Numbered from the whole stretch's first letter, positions 30,191 to 41,133 are shown. The stretch: DNA of 63,998 bases, filler included, from an uncultured bacterium (GCA_964449065.1; 4 parts of 4 records of this genome joined end to end with filler, not necessarily neighbours in it), one strand, 5' to 3'. Notes: generated by a model not told the origin, from the letters alone. Numbers and translations are program-made.

Positions 30191-33100
30191 ATGCGCTTAC
30201 AGCCGTTTTTGTTGAGTATTTTTGTGATGGCGATTCAAGGTATCGTTGTACAATCTCAAACTTCTTTCCCTCCCCTTCGTACCATTTTAAAATCCGATGT
30301 ATGGATGTTTGACTTCTCTCCCGATGGACAATTTATTGCAATCGGCAGCGAAGGATCCGGAGAAATCTTTGAAACAGAGACGGGGGCCCCTGTTAGAACC
30401 TTTACCGGTCAACACCGGTTTATGCGGTATCTACCACACGGACGGCAGATCGCGATGATGGAGACAGCCAACGCATTGTCCCGAACGGTAATCGTCTCTA
30501 TCTACGACACCGCCACAGGATTTTTAGTTCATACCTTTCCCGACCAAAACGTTCACAACTTTAAAATTTCCCCGGATGGGAAATGGATATTGATCGCGAC
30601 CGGCAGCGTCGGTACCCAGTTTACATTGTACAATCTTGAAGGCTTCGAAATGGAGTGGAGTTTTGTCAGTGAAATTTCCAGTCCTCCTCTAATCGATATC
30701 TCCCGCGACAGCCAATATTTCGTAATATCCCAAGCAAGAAGTTTTTCGCCCCGATTTGGGCCGAACACGCCAAAAATCTTTGTGTACCGCTTGGACAACC
30801 ATGAGTTGGTCACGTCTATAGAGGAATCAAAAAACGGCACGATGCAGATGTCGTTCATGCCCGATCATCAAACGATATTAATCAGTGAGGCGGACGGGAG
30901 GAATGTGTTTTGGAATTGGAAAGCGAATACCACTTCTGTCATTAACAGTTATTTCGCAACCACCATGGATCATGCCATCACTTCGGACGGACGTTTCGCC
31001 CTGTTTGGCCGGGCGGATTCAAAAGCCATCCTGCATAATCTTCAAACCAATCAGGATGTTGCGACCTTATCCAGCGCCCGCCATGTGGATGTGCGGGTTG
31101 CGATTTCTCCGGATGGGAGCAAAGCCCTCACACGAGGCCGGAATAATAATAGTGTGCATCTATGGAATATTGGGCCGTTTGTGCATCCCAATCAAGAAAC
31201 GCCAACGCTTGCCCCTTTGCCGCCTACACCGACGATTACGCCAACACCGACTGTTACCCCCACCCCAACACCAACCCCAACCTTCAATCCCCGGCCCACG
31301 ACGGAACTTCTTGTCCCCAATGTGGAAGCGGAATTTATGGCGTTTACATCCGGTCTACCGCTCGCGGTGAATCCATTGGATGGCGGGTTGTATGTATCGT
31401 CGAAACGGAAAAAAGTCCATACCATTCGCGGCCCCCTTGCCCCTGGAATTGCCGATGTTGATGATGCGCCGGCCTATGCGGAGTTTGCGGGACGGCATGA
31501 CAGCATTCTCGCGTTTGATCAACAAGGAGTTTTGTATGTGGATCAAGGGGGCGAGTTTTACCGTGTTCCCGAGCGAGGTCGCGTGGAATTATTGGGGAGC
31601 ATTGTTCAAGTCAATCCCGAAGTACGATTGGTTGATATGATTGCCAAGCCGGAATCCATTATTCTTCCTGAAAACACAAACGCGCGGATTTTAGGCTTAT
31701 CGGGCACCACAAAAAGCAAGTCAGGCATCATTCAGCAAGTCAACACAAAAATTTTGGGGATACATGACCGTAATGATATCCTTCAAATCGAAGTTTTGTT
31801 TAATTTCACAGGAGATTTTTTTCCAAAAGCGATGACAGTAGGACCGGATAACCGGTTGTATCTCATCGGGCAGCCGTTGGGCTCTCATAACTATTCTCTG
31901 CGGCGCTTGGAAAGCAACGGAACGCTTACGGACGTTTTCTTGTTGAATATCCCTCCCGGAGGAAATCCGAAAGACATGGTCTATTGGCAGGAAGACGAAG
32001 CGTTTTATGTTACATCTTATGATTCGTATTTATGGCGGATTGATCTCTTCAACAATGCCGCCACTCCCATTTTCGATTTGGATACGTTTTTCAATTCACT
32101 CGCCGTCAGTCATGACGGAAACTCTATATTGGCAACCGCGCAAGTGGAGAACACGCAAAACGGATCGGTTCTGCACACCATTCAAAAACTCTCAGTAACT
32201 TCCCCGTTTCAACTGGAAGGCGAAACCCCATCGGAAGTCCCTATTGCGACACCATTGCCGGAGGGAGTACCAACCGTAACGCATACGCCGACGCCGACAA
32301 ATACCCCCACTCCCGTGCCGGAATTGTATGAGGATATCAACCGGTTTTTTGATATAAAGACATTGTACACCGATAGCCGCTACACACGTTTAATTTCCAC
32401 GCATCCGCAAACCGGTGAAATCTTTCTCGTACAAGATGGAGGCAGTCAATCGACCGGTCTTTTAGGTAAAATAGCCCACGTGATGAAATTGCCACCCAAC
32501 TTCGGGCAACGATTAGACCGGATCTCAGAGTTGTTTCAGCCCTTTCAAACATTCGAATATCATGGCCGCAATATTTTGTTGGATATGGATGTTACGGATA
32601 AAGGCAGGCTGTATATATTGCAATCCTCACGGAATGAGTTGTTGCAGTCTCTGTATCCCGATGGTTCTTCAAACATTTGGCGGGGATTCAATAAACTTGG
32701 AGCGGTGTACGCGGTCAAAGAAAACGACCAGATCCCCGGTTGTGAACCCGGTGAGGCCTTGGTCTTGGATTATGGTTTGGAACCGTTTGCCGGATTGACC
32801 AACACCATTTATAAAGTCAATCCATCCATCAAGGATGAGTTTGAGGTGTATTTGAGTCCGGATGAATTGCCGAAAGGATTACCCATAGCGGACATCAATA
32901 CCGGATTGGACGGCCGGTTGTTTTTGTTAACCAATCCGCAATGGGCCGCGCCGGGCACGCCGACAAAAATGCTGTATGTCACCCAAGAGAAATTGGTGCG
33001 GGAATGGAAACACCAGGATATGAGAATTCATGCCGGCCCTTTTTCATTTATTACCAACACCGATCAATTCTTATTCGCCTCTAGATTTGATGGGGGCAAT

Positions 33101-34000
33101 GTTTTTTGGGGCAGCCAAACCCGCGCGGCTCAACCTGTGCTACAAAATGCCCGGTTGACGGGAAATCGGATGGCGGCTTCACCCGACCGGTCCCGTTTTT
33201 ATGTGCTGCTTGAAGACGCCGCGCCGGGCAGCCAATCTTTGACGAATGTTATGGAATTCGCGCCTCGAAATGTCCCCAGCGAATCGCCCACGGCGACACC
33301 GAATGTTCCATCCCCCACCCCTACACCGGTAACGGGATGGCTTGTGGTAGACGGCTTCGGCGGCATCCATCAAACCAACCCCTCGATTTCCCGTCCGGCT
33401 TTGCCTTACTTTTTCCCCAACGACATCGTCCGCGATATTGAACCGGATCCGCGCGGCAGAGGGTGGTATATGCTGGATGGCTTTGGGGGAATTCATACGT
33501 CATCTGCGGAATTGCCAAGGCCGAACGATCTGCCTTATTTCGGTTTTGACATCGCCCGAAATTTGGAAGTGGAAATCGGAATACGGGGAGAGTATTTGTT
33601 TTATTTGCTGGATGGATTCGGCGGCGTGCATACCAACAATCCTTCCTTTACATTCGGGAGTTTGCCATTTATCGGCGCGGATATCGCGCGCGATTTCGAA
33701 CCCGTGACGGACAACACATGGATGACGATGGACGCGTTTGGCAATACCTATCAAAATTTCGGGTTTTTGAGTGACCGTCTTCTGTATGCCGATCCTTCAT
33801 CGGTCTTCCCGGTGATGCGGGGTATGGTTCGGTTTGATGACGGCACGAAAGTGGCAATCGATCATTTTGCCGGCCGGCACACCAACCCATTCCATCCGGC
33901 GTGGGATATCGCGGAGGGGTTCCCGGAAGGCTTTTATTTTCCCGGTACGGATATTATTTGGGATATAGAGGTGGTTCCGCAAACCTTTTCCGGTAATTAG
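30191..34000 (+). CDS. Large secreted multi-beta-propeller protein with Thr-Pro linkers
   Basis: Signal peptide; FSPDG/ISPDG WD40-like blades; three PTPTP linkers; C-terminal DGFGG(I/V)H repeats. Confidence 0.88.
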   Translation: MRLQPFLLSIFVMAIQGIVVQSQTSFPPLRTILKSDVWMFDFSPDGQFIAIGSEGSGEIFETETGAPVRTFTGQHRFMRYLPHGRQIAMMETANALSRTVIVSIYDTATGFLVHTFPDQNVHNFKISPDGKWILIATGSVGTQFTLYNLEGFEMEWSFVSEISSPPLIDISRDSQYFVISQARSFSPRFGPNTPKIFVYRLDNHELVTSIEESKNGTMQMSFMPDHQTILISEADGRNVFWNWKANTTSVINSYFATTMDHAITSDGRFALFGRADSKAILHNLQTNQDVATLSSARHVDVRVAISPDGSKALTRGRNNNSVHLWNIGPFVHPNQETPTLAPLPPTPTITPTPTVTPTPTPTPTFNPRPTTELLVPNVEAEFMAFTSGLPLAVNPLDGGLYVSSKRKKVHTIRGPLAPGIADVDDAPAYAEFAGRHDSILAFDQQGVLYVDQGGEFYRVPERGRVELLGSIVQVNPEVRLVDMIAKPESIILPENTNARILGLSGTTKSKSGIIQQVNTKILGIHDRNDILQIEVLFNFTGDFFPKAMTVGPDNRLYLIGQPLGSHNYSLRRLESNGTLTDVFLLNIPPGGNPKDMVYWQEDEAFYVTSYDSYLWRIDLFNNAATPIFDLDTFFNSLAVSHDGNSILATAQVENTQNGSVLHTIQKLSVTSPFQLEGETPSEVPIATPLPEGVPTVTHTPTPTNTPTPVPELYEDINRFFDIKTLYTDSRYTRLISTHPQTGEIFLVQDGGSQSTGLLGKIAHVMKLPPNFGQRLDRISELFQPFQTFEYHGRNILLDMDVTDKGRLYILQSSRNELLQSLYPDGSSNIWRGFNKLGAVYAVKENDQIPGCEPGEALVLDYGLEPFAGLTNTIYKVNPSIKDEFEVYLSPDELPKGLPIADINTGLDGRLFLLTNPQWAAPGTPTKMLYVTQEKLVREWKHQDMRIHAGPFSFITNTDQFLFASRFDGGNVFWGSQTRAAQPVLQNARLTGNRMAASPDRSRFYVLLEDAAPGSQSLTNVMEFAPRNVPSESPTATPNVPSPTPTPVTGWLVVDGFGGIHQTNPSISRPALPYFFPNDIVRDIEPDPRGRGWYMLDGFGGIHTSSAELPRPNDLPYFGFDIARNLEVEIGIRGEYLFYLLDGFGGVHTNNPSFTFGSLPFIGADIARDFEPVTDNTWMTMDAFGNTYQNFGFLSDRLLYADPSSVFPVMRGMVRFDDGTKVAIDHFAGRHTNPFHPAWDIAEGFPEGFYFPGTDIIWDIEVVPQTFSGN

Positions 34001-34004
34001 GGAA

Positions 34005-35153
34005 CTACCACGGCAGCCGTTTGGCGGTTTTGGTTTTCTCTAAATCCACGGTTTCTAACACCTGAACAATTCGTTCGGAGGCTTTTCCATCACCGTAAGG
34101 ATTCTCTGTCCGTTTGCATTTTTCCTTAAAGAGTTCATCGTGCAGGCAGGTTTGAATGGCCTGATAGATTTCTTCTGTAGCGGGATGCACATCGATGACA
34201 TTCACGCCTCTTTCGCGTCCGGTTTGCCGTTCGCCGATGTTGATGACCGGGGTGCCGTACGCGGGGGCATCGATCATACCCGAACTGGAATTGCCGATTA
34301 AGAACGCGGCTTGGCGCAGCAGGTTGCAGTACAACTCACGCGGGATGGACGCGAAGGTCTGTATCCAATCCCTCTGCTCATACTCTTTGATGATATCCAT
34401 CATGGCTGGGCTGCCGGCATCGGCATTGGGATAGCTCAATAGGCATTGGATGTTGGAGCCTTCCAACGCGGTGAGTGTTGCTTTCATTTCTTCCGCGGCG
34501 GATTCCGGGTGAGTGGAAACCGGATGCTGAACGACCAGCGCGAACATTTCTTGCAATTCGATACCCAATTGCCCGGCGGTTTCTTCACGGGAAAGTATTG
34601 AAAATTTATGGATGGCATCTAATCCGGGTGTGCCGGTGTGGTGCACGAATTCTTCGGCTTCGCCTAACCGAAGGATACGCTCTTTGCTTTTGGGGGTAGC
34701 GGCAAAGTGGATGTGGCTGAGTTTGGTAATCGCATGGCGCATGTATTCATCCCACCCGCCTTGTGAGATATCTCCGCCGTGGATGTGTGCCAGTGTACTA
34801 CCGCAGAATAAACCGGCCACGGCCCCGGCAAAGGCTTCGATGCGGTCGCCTAAAATCATGACGATATCCGGTTTGAAGCCATCGATGGTTTTGGCGAGTT
34901 CTTGAATGCCGATTCCGGTGCTAATTGCCATATCCGCGCCGGAATTGCCGCGGAGCTGCATATCAACTTTGGCGGCGATAGGGAAGCCGTCTTGTTCGAT
35001 TTCATTTACCGTCATGCCGTGTTGTGGGGAAAGGTGCATCCCGGTTACGATGAGTGAAAGTTGCAGGGATGGTGACGCTTCAATTTGTTCGATAACCGGT
35101 TTGAGAATGCCGTATTCGGCCCGGGTTCCGGTGATAACGCAGATGGTTCTCAT
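34005..35153 (-). CDS. neuC: UDP-N-acetylglucosamine 2-epimerase (hydrolysing)
   Basis: ITGTRAEYG, TGMHLS, LGDRIE, HIHGGD, GNSSSG, YGDG motifs. Confidence 0.92.
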   Translation of the reverse strand: MRTICVITGTRAEYGILKPVIEQIEASPSLQLSLIVTGMHLSPQHGMTVNEIEQDGFPIAAKVDMQLRGNSGADMAISTGIGIQELAKTIDGFKPDIVMILGDRIEAFAGAVAGLFCGSTLAHIHGGDISQGGWDEYMRHAITKLSHIHFAATPKSKERILRLGEAEEFVHHTGTPGLDAIHKFSILSREETAGQLGIELQEMFALVVQHPVSTHPESAAEEMKATLTALEGSNIQCLLSYPNADAGSPAMMDIIKEYEQRDWIQTFASIPRELYCNLLRQAAFLIGNSSSGMIDAPAYGTPVINIGERQTGRERGVNVIDVHPATEEIYQAIQTCLHDELFKEKCKRTENPYGDGKASERIVQVLETVDLEKTKTAKRLPW

Positions 35154-35890
35154 GCTTCGGTTTCCATTTTCTTTTTCAGTAAGAGTTCGGCATGTTGAAA
35201 ATCAATGTAATCGTTGATGTCGATCGAACTGGGAGCATCCATCACATAAGCGCTGACGGAGTTCCAATCGAAGATGGCGGCGTTGTCTTCGATCCCCTCA
35301 TAATAGGAGCGGTTTGATATGTAGATAGCACCATTGATGCGGTAGTAGGTTGGCAGTTCCTGCCGGCGCAGCGGGCGTGCTTTAAGTTCAAAGAGGGTTT
35401 CCAGTTTGTGTTCGTCTTTGAGTTTGAACATGAAGTAGGGGTGGAATTCCTGCACGTCGGTTACGGAAATGAGAGAAGTCGTGCCGGATTTAAAATAATT
35501 TGCCAAAGCGCCATCAATGTGATCGGCGGTGCGGAACGGTGATGTTGGCTGTAAAAACATCACTTCGGATGGTTGATAGTTCAATTCTTGCTCCATAAAC
35601 CGGACGGCATGGAGGAGCACGGAAAGCGAGGTGGCCGCGTCTCCGGAATATTCGGGCGGGCGGATAAAGGGAACTTCGGCTCCGTATGAGCGGGCGATTT
35701 CGGCGATTTCTTCGTCATCGGTGGAGACAATCGCGCGGTTGATTCGGCTTTGCAATGCCGCTTGAATGGTGTGGGCGATAAGAGGTTGGCTGCCCAACTG
35801 CCGGACGTTTTTGCGCGGCAGCCCTTTCGAGCCGCCGCGGGCGGGGATGATGGCTAAGGACTGACTCTCACGTAAGGTATTTTGGGTCAT
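35150..35890 (-). CDS. neuA: Acylneuraminate/nonulosonate cytidylyltransferase
   Basis: IIPARGGSKGLPRKN, VSTDD, LQPTSPFR, RRQELP, INGAIY; overlaps neuC start. Confidence 0.9.
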   Translation of the reverse strand: MTQNTLRESQSLAIIPARGGSKGLPRKNVRQLGSQPLIAHTIQAALQSRINRAIVSTDDEEIAEIARSYGAEVPFIRPPEYSGDAATSLSVLLHAVRFMEQELNYQPSEVMFLQPTSPFRTADHIDGALANYFKSGTTSLISVTDVQEFHPYFMFKLKDEHKLETLFELKARPLRRQELPTYYRINGAIYISNRSYYEGIEDNAAIFDWNSVSAYVMDAPSSIDINDYIDFQHAELLLKKKMETEA

Positions 35891-36012
35891 GATGAAATAG
35901 CGCTTGCCGTTTTTCCGTAACTTTCTTAGAATGAATAAGTACGATAGTATAGCGGAGAATGGATTCAAGCAGCAAGAACAATAAAGAATACACAAAAACG
36001 GGTAAGAAGAAT

Positions 36013-36669
36013 ATGGACGATTTATTTCAAGCGATAGCGATTTTGATCTTGATTGCGGCAGGCGGCGGCGCGGAGTTGTTTAAAAGACTGCGTGAATCCA
36101 CCAAAGAAACACACACGCCAAAACCGCCGAAGCCGGCCCCGGCGAAACCGCGGCAAACCGGACAGCAGCAAACCGAGCCGCAAAGCGAGTGGTATGATTC
36201 GGGTGAGTTCATGGACCGGGAAAATGAAGACCCGATGACGACGATCTTCAAAGAGCTGTTTGACCATGAAGACCCGGTTATTGTAGATGAGCCGCCTTAT
36301 CCTCCAAAGGAAGGACAATGGCGGGAACGACCGGGAGAACGCAACATCTTTGAGCAGTGGGGCCAACCGGAAGAAGTCCCTCCCTTCCGGCCGGAAGCAT
36401 ACGGCCCGAAATATGATGATCCCATACCGGCCCCGCCTCCTAAACCGAAAGTAAGACCGGTCGCGGAGATTCCTCCGCCGAAGAAGGCGCAGAAAACCAT
36501 GGGCGCATCCGAATTATTGGCGGGTGCGACAGCCTATAGTTCGAAATCCACATTTCAATCATTGTATGACCGCTATGGTGACAATCCTTTGAAACTGGCG
36601 GTGATCTATAATGAAATTTTAGGCAAACCCCGCTCGATGCGAAATACTTCGTTCCGAAAATATACATAA
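36013..36669 (+). CDS. Pro-rich membrane-anchored hypothetical protein
   Basis: N-terminal TM; C-terminal AVIYNEILGKP motif resembling YqfB-like proteins. Confidence 0.65.
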   Translation: MDDLFQAIAILILIAAGGGAELFKRLRESTKETHTPKPPKPAPAKPRQTGQQQTEPQSEWYDSGEFMDRENEDPMTTIFKELFDHEDPVIVDEPPYPPKEGQWRERPGERNIFEQWGQPEEVPPFRPEAYGPKYDDPIPAPPPKPKVRPVAEIPPPKKAQKTMGASELLAGATAYSSKSTFQSLYDRYGDNPLKLAVIYNEILGKPRSMRNTSFRKYT

Positions 36670-36674
36670 GTTAA

Positions 36675-37271
36675 ATGAACAAAACTCTCGTACTGGCAAC
36701 CCGCAATCAAAACAAGCAGCGTGAGATGCAGCAATTGCTGGATGGCAGCGGCTGGAACGTTCTTACGCTGAAGGATTATCCGAATTGTCCGGAAGTGGTT
36801 GAAGATGGAACAACTTTTTTGGAGAACGCCCGCAAGAAAGCTGTAGAGGTTTCATCCTATTGCGGGGTGATGGCGTTGGCGGATGATTCCGGGCTTTCGG
36901 TGGATGCGTTGGATGGCGCTCCGGGGGTGTATTCCGCCCGGTATGCCAGAGGAGAAGATTCGACCGATGCGGATAACAACGCGCGGGTGTTGAACGAACT
37001 GCAAGGCGTGCCGCGGGAAAAACGCAGCGGGCGTTTTGTGTGCGCGGCAGTGCTGGCGAATGGAAATGATGTGTTATTTTCGACCGAGCAAACGGTGGAT
37101 GGAATCATCCAAACCGAGTTGAGCGGATCAGGCGGGTTTGGGTATGATCCGTTGTTTTTCTATCCCCCCTATCATAAAACGCTGGCAGAGGCCACGGCGG
37201 AAGAGAAGAATGCCGTGAGCCATCGCGGCAAAGCAATGCGGGCGGTAGCGGCGTTTTTAGAGACGTCTTGA
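36675..37271 (+). CDS. rdgB: dITP/XTP pyrophosphatase (HAM1 family)
   Basis: LATRNQNK, ADDSGL, PGVYSAR, GFGYDP, SHRGKA motifs. Confidence 0.95.
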   Translation: MNKTLVLATRNQNKQREMQQLLDGSGWNVLTLKDYPNCPEVVEDGTTFLENARKKAVEVSSYCGVMALADDSGLSVDALDGAPGVYSARYARGEDSTDADNNARVLNELQGVPREKRSGRFVCAAVLANGNDVLFSTEQTVDGIIQTELSGSGGFGYDPLFFYPPYHKTLAEATAEEKNAVSHRGKAMRAVAAFLETS

Positions 37272-37305
37272 AAATCGTGCATAATGGTTTTTAGAAAAAT
37301 GGATA

Positions 37306-37533
37306 ATGGATTCCATCATGTTTGACCGAATTACGATAGATCAAAAAGTTTGCAGTGGAAAACCATGTATCCGCAATATGAGGATACCGGTTCATCAGAT
37401 TATTGATTTGGTGGCTGCGGGGAATTCATTTGAACAAATATTGGATGACTTTCCTTATTTGGAAGAAGAAGATATTCGTCAAGCCCTTGCTTATGCTTCC
37501 CATTTGACGAAAGAAGATTGGATTCCTGTTTAA
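37306..37533 (+). CDS. DUF433 family antitoxin
   Basis: RITIDQKVCSGKPCIRNMRIPV; PYLEEEDIRQALAYA. Confidence 0.9.
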   Translation: MDSIMFDRITIDQKVCSGKPCIRNMRIPVHQIIDLVAAGNSFEQILDDFPYLEEEDIRQALAYASHLTKEDWIPV

Positions 37534-37824
37534 GTGCCATTTACATTCATATTGGATATGGGAATTTCACCGAAAGTCAAAACATTAATTGAGCGTTATG
37601 GCTATAAAAGTGTTCATGCCTTCGAATTAGAAATGTTTCGAACTCCTGATGAAGAAATTATAGAATATGCTCGTAAGAACCAATCTATTGTTGTGACGAC
37701 TGACAGTGATTTTGCTCAAATTGTTATGTTGAATCAAATATACGATACCACAATCATTACTTTAAGACTTCAAAATCCCAGTGCTCAAGATCAGATGAAT
37801 GCATTGGGATTATTATTTGATAAA
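37534..37824 (+). CDS. DUF5615 PIN-like toxin, truncated at contig end
   Basis: FILDMGIS, DEEI, VTTDSDF motifs; immediately follows DUF433 gene. Confidence 0.85.
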
Positions 37825-37924
37825 NNNNNNNNNNNNNNNNNNNNNNNNNNNNNNNNNNNNNNNNNNNNTTAATTAATTAANNNNNNNNNNNNNNNNNNNN
37901 NNNNNNNNNNNNNNNNNNNNNNNN
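37825..37924. other. Artificial contig linker
   Basis: N44-TTAATTAATTAA-N44. Confidence 0.97.
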
Positions 37925-38035
37925 AGCCTCGCCCTCCTAAACCTGGCTCGGCGGGAGCCTCGCCCTCCTAAACCTGGCTTGGCGGGAGCCTCGCCCTCCT
38001 AAACTTGGCTCGGCGGGAGCTTTGCCCTCCTAAAA
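37925..38035. repeat. Tandem array of 31-bp REP-like family A units (about 3.5 copies, cut by contig start)
   Basis: Unit GGCTCGGCGGGAGCCTCGCCCTCCTAAACCT without unique spacers. Confidence 0.9.
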
Positions 38036-38086
38036 CGAACATACTTCTGGCAAATGCTATAGTAGGCTAGAAACCCGCACGACCAT

Positions 38087-41000
38087 TCACCGGGTGATTT
38101 GGTAGGTGACGAAGGGGTTTTGGTCTTGGCTGTTGCGGTGGTATTCAAGTTTACCGCCGGGGTATTTGTCCACCACTTCATCGACATAGCGTACATCTCT
38201 TCCCACAAACAAAAACTGAATCGGACCGGTGCGCGATATCTTGGTCTGCAAAAACTGGTTGGGATTGCTGACATCCATGCCGCGCGCTTTCGGGGCCAAA
38301 AAACGGATGGTTCCGTATTGGATGGAGAAGCGGTCGGTGCCGATCTTGTAGGTGTACACCGTCGGGCCGGTTTCATGGAGATGGCGGGCGACGCGGGTGT
38401 GGTCATCCAGCATCTGCGGCACAGACATGATCTGGTGGAAGTAACGGTTCATCCCCATCAGCAGGATGAAGATAAGAATGGTTCCCAGCAAGGCCGGTTT
38501 GATATAGGGAATCCGGCGTAAACGTGATGCCGCTTGAGAAAAGACTGCCGCCAGTACCGGGGCGGTGATCAATATCAAAACGGGGTAGACACACACCAGC
38601 CGCTGATACGTTGGCGCTCCATTGGTGAGTGCGGATGCGGGGTAGAGCAGCATAATGTACCAAAGAATCAGCAGCCAGCCCGCGGGATGCCATATCAAGA
38701 GGGGCAAGGTAATGAGTCCGGCGGAAAAAAGCAGCGCGGGGATAGGATCCAGCAGTCCGCCTTGTTGTTTGTTGGTCATATAGGGGCTGTTGTCTTGGTT
38801 GGTGATGGGCGCGAGCGCGGTGCGGCGGAACTGTTCTTTAACGATATCAGCCATGGTATAGGATGCCGGATAGTTGTAACGCATATAGCGGCGGCCGTCT
38901 TCGTGAAAGATGCTGACCGCGTTGGTGCGGGATGAAATCGCGGCGGGATCCTTCAAAAAGTTGCCGATCAGCGGCGCGGCGGTAATCCATACACCGACGC
39001 AGAATACCACGGTCATCTTAAGGCCTTGCTTAATACTTAATGCCCGAAATACGGTCAGCAAAATAATGGATAGCACCGCTACGGGGGCAACAACTTTCGC
39101 TGCTTGGTACGAGAGGATACCAACCCCGGCAATGAATCCGGCCATCGAAATGGAAAAGGAATCTTTTTCCTGCACCCCTTTGATCACGAAATACAACACG
39201 GTTACGGTGATGAGAGTGGCCTGGTTATAGCCGATTCCTAAACGGGAATAGTGTATGAAGTATGTAGAGACGGCGAATAAAAATGTCGCGGTTGCCGCCG
39301 ATGTAGGAACCATTATGCGTTTGGCAAGTAGATAAAACATGGGTATGGATGCTATGCCGATGATCGCACCGGTTAAACGGATGCCGAGCAGGTTGTCTCC
39401 AAACAACCACATGCCCCACGCCGGGATCAGGAAGAACAGGTTGGGGATCATATACCAGCCCAGGTTAAAGATATTCCAATTGCCGCTGTCGCGCACTTGG
39501 ATGCCGTGCAGCGCGACTTCGGCTTCGTCGCCGTGTACATCCGTTGGGATATGAGTTGCCCCGATGGTGTAGAGTAAGCCCGCCAAGACCAATGTGATCA
39601 TGAATATTGGAGCGGCATACTGCCGCCATTCCGGCGAGTTTACTGTTGCTGTGGGATGGGTGAGGACATAGTTGGATTCATCCTCATCTTCATTGACGCT
39701 GCCGGTGGTAAAGGGCGCGGCTGATTCGGCTTTCGATTGCCCCCCATACAGAAAATGGCGGAAGTAGATATAGATGCTTGCCGCCCACAACAGCATCGGC
39801 CAATACCAGGATAGTTTCCAACCGGATACGGCTCCAACGCTGTGGTAATACTGCGTAAACAACGAGCCGAAGGTTGTGATGATGAGTAGAACGAGTGTAA
39901 TCCATGAAAATGGAAGGGTAAATTTTTTGGTATGATTTATCCAACTCTCTTTGGGGATAAATGTACGGATGATGTGCGTGGCGGTTCCGGCTGCGAGTGC
40001 CAGTACAACCGCGTAAAACAGCCAGCCGGGTTGATAGGGATATTGGGAGGCGGCTTCGGTGATGCAGAGATAGCCCACTCCAAATAATGCGGCATAGTAG
40101 AACACAAAGAGAAGGCATGCCCATTCGGCATGGGAGCGGCTGAACCAGAGCACGAGACCACTTAACAAAGCGAAACAGAAAAAGTAATAGCGGTCAAAAG
40201 AAAGTGTGAAAACTGAGGCGGTTGTATTGGTTTCTTTTAATGGCGTGGTTGTTGTGACGTTGGCATCGTCCGGGGGAAGAAAGCGGTTATTCACCACGCA
40301 GGCGTATAGTTTTTGTTCCGGCAGAAAGACGGCGGATAAGATGTAGTTGAGCCCGTTGCGAATGATGAATTTTTCGCCGTTGAGATTGAGTTTAACCAGG
40401 CGCTGGTTGTCGCTGTCGGCGACTAAAATCTCGTACTCATTGAGAGCGTGTAATTTTTGCGGATGGTTGAAACCGGTAAAGTTGTTGATGATCTCCTTTT
40501 CCGGCGATACTTCCAGCACGCGGTGGTTGTCAAAATCGGAGATGAGGGTGTTGCCGTTGTTCAGGCGCAGGGCATCCAGCGGCTGGGTGAGACCTTGATT
40601 GTATTCCCACACTACCGAACCTTCCGGCGTGAATTCTTTAATGGTTTGCCCTTGCGCGTCGCAGACTAGATAGTTGCCGTTGGCGAGTTGATCGGCATCG
40701 CTGGGCTGCACGACCGAAAAGGGCAGTACATCGGTTTTGTGAGTGCTGCTGTTAAAGATGAGTACCTGCCGAGCTCCGCGGGAACTAAGCAAAAAGGTAT
40801 CAGTGCCGATGTAATCCACGTCTTCGGCAGGGATGATTCGCAATTTGGCGCCGGGATTGCCATCTCGGTCATACTGCTGAAGAAAGCCGTCTCCGGTGGA
40901 GACACAAAAGCCGCCATCGGGCAGGCGGTCAATATCCAGCGGTTTGCCCGGAACCGCGATGGAATGAAGAAATTCACCCGCCGGGTTGAGAATGACAATA

Positions 41001-41098
41001 CTGTGGGCTTGGGGGTAATAATCCTGCGAATGGCCGGTGTGGTTACAAACAAAAAGGAATAAAAATAGCGATAGAAGGTTGAGACAAAATGGTTTCAT
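38087..41098 (-). CDS. Beta-propeller fused to ArnT/PMT-like GT-C glycosyltransferase
   Basis: Signal peptide; DADQLANGNYL/DALRLNNGNTL blades; HGDEAE motif; many TM segments. Confidence 0.8.
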   Translation of the reverse strand: MKPFCLNLLSLFLFLFVCNHTGHSQDYYPQAHSIVILNPAGEFLHSIAVPGKPLDIDRLPDGGFCVSTGDGFLQQYDRDGNPGAKLRIIPAEDVDYIGTDTFLLSSRGARQVLIFNSSTHKTDVLPFSVVQPSDADQLANGNYLVCDAQGQTIKEFTPEGSVVWEYNQGLTQPLDALRLNNGNTLISDFDNHRVLEVSPEKEIINNFTGFNHPQKLHALNEYEILVADSDNQRLVKLNLNGEKFIIRNGLNYILSAVFLPEQKLYACVVNNRFLPPDDANVTTTTPLKETNTTASVFTLSFDRYYFFCFALLSGLVLWFSRSHAEWACLLFVFYYAALFGVGYLCITEAASQYPYQPGWLFYAVVLALAAGTATHIIRTFIPKESWINHTKKFTLPFSWITLVLLIITTFGSLFTQYYHSVGAVSGWKLSWYWPMLLWAASIYIYFRHFLYGGQSKAESAAPFTTGSVNEDEDESNYVLTHPTATVNSPEWRQYAAPIFMITLVLAGLLYTIGATHIPTDVHGDEAEVALHGIQVRDSGNWNIFNLGWYMIPNLFFLIPAWGMWLFGDNLLGIRLTGAIIGIASIPMFYLLAKRIMVPTSAATATFLFAVSTYFIHYSRLGIGYNQATLITVTVLYFVIKGVQEKDSFSISMAGFIAGVGILSYQAAKVVAPVAVLSIILLTVFRALSIKQGLKMTVVFCVGVWITAAPLIGNFLKDPAAISSRTNAVSIFHEDGRRYMRYNYPASYTMADIVKEQFRRTALAPITNQDNSPYMTNKQQGGLLDPIPALLFSAGLITLPLLIWHPAGWLLILWYIMLLYPASALTNGAPTYQRLVCVYPVLILITAPVLAAVFSQAASRLRRIPYIKPALLGTILIFILLMGMNRYFHQIMSVPQMLDDHTRVARHLHETGPTVYTYKIGTDRFSIQYGTIRFLAPKARGMDVSNPNQFLQTKISRTGPIQFLFVGRDVRYVDEVVDKYPGGKLEYHRNSQDQNPFVTYQITR

Positions 41099-41133
41099 AA
41101 GTGTATTAGCAAGAAAACAAATTCACATTCCGC

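Noticed and set aside
152..35890. CgeB-like glycosyltransferase, fliG and neuCA as one flagellar glycosylation island
   Set aside because: The glycosyltransferase is on a different contig, and fliG and neuCA are separated by an unrelated gene; neuB and flagellin genes are absent
37925..38035. 31-bp direct repeats as a CRISPR array
   Set aside because: Units are contiguous with no unique spacers, match a dispersed REP-like family, and no cas genes are nearby
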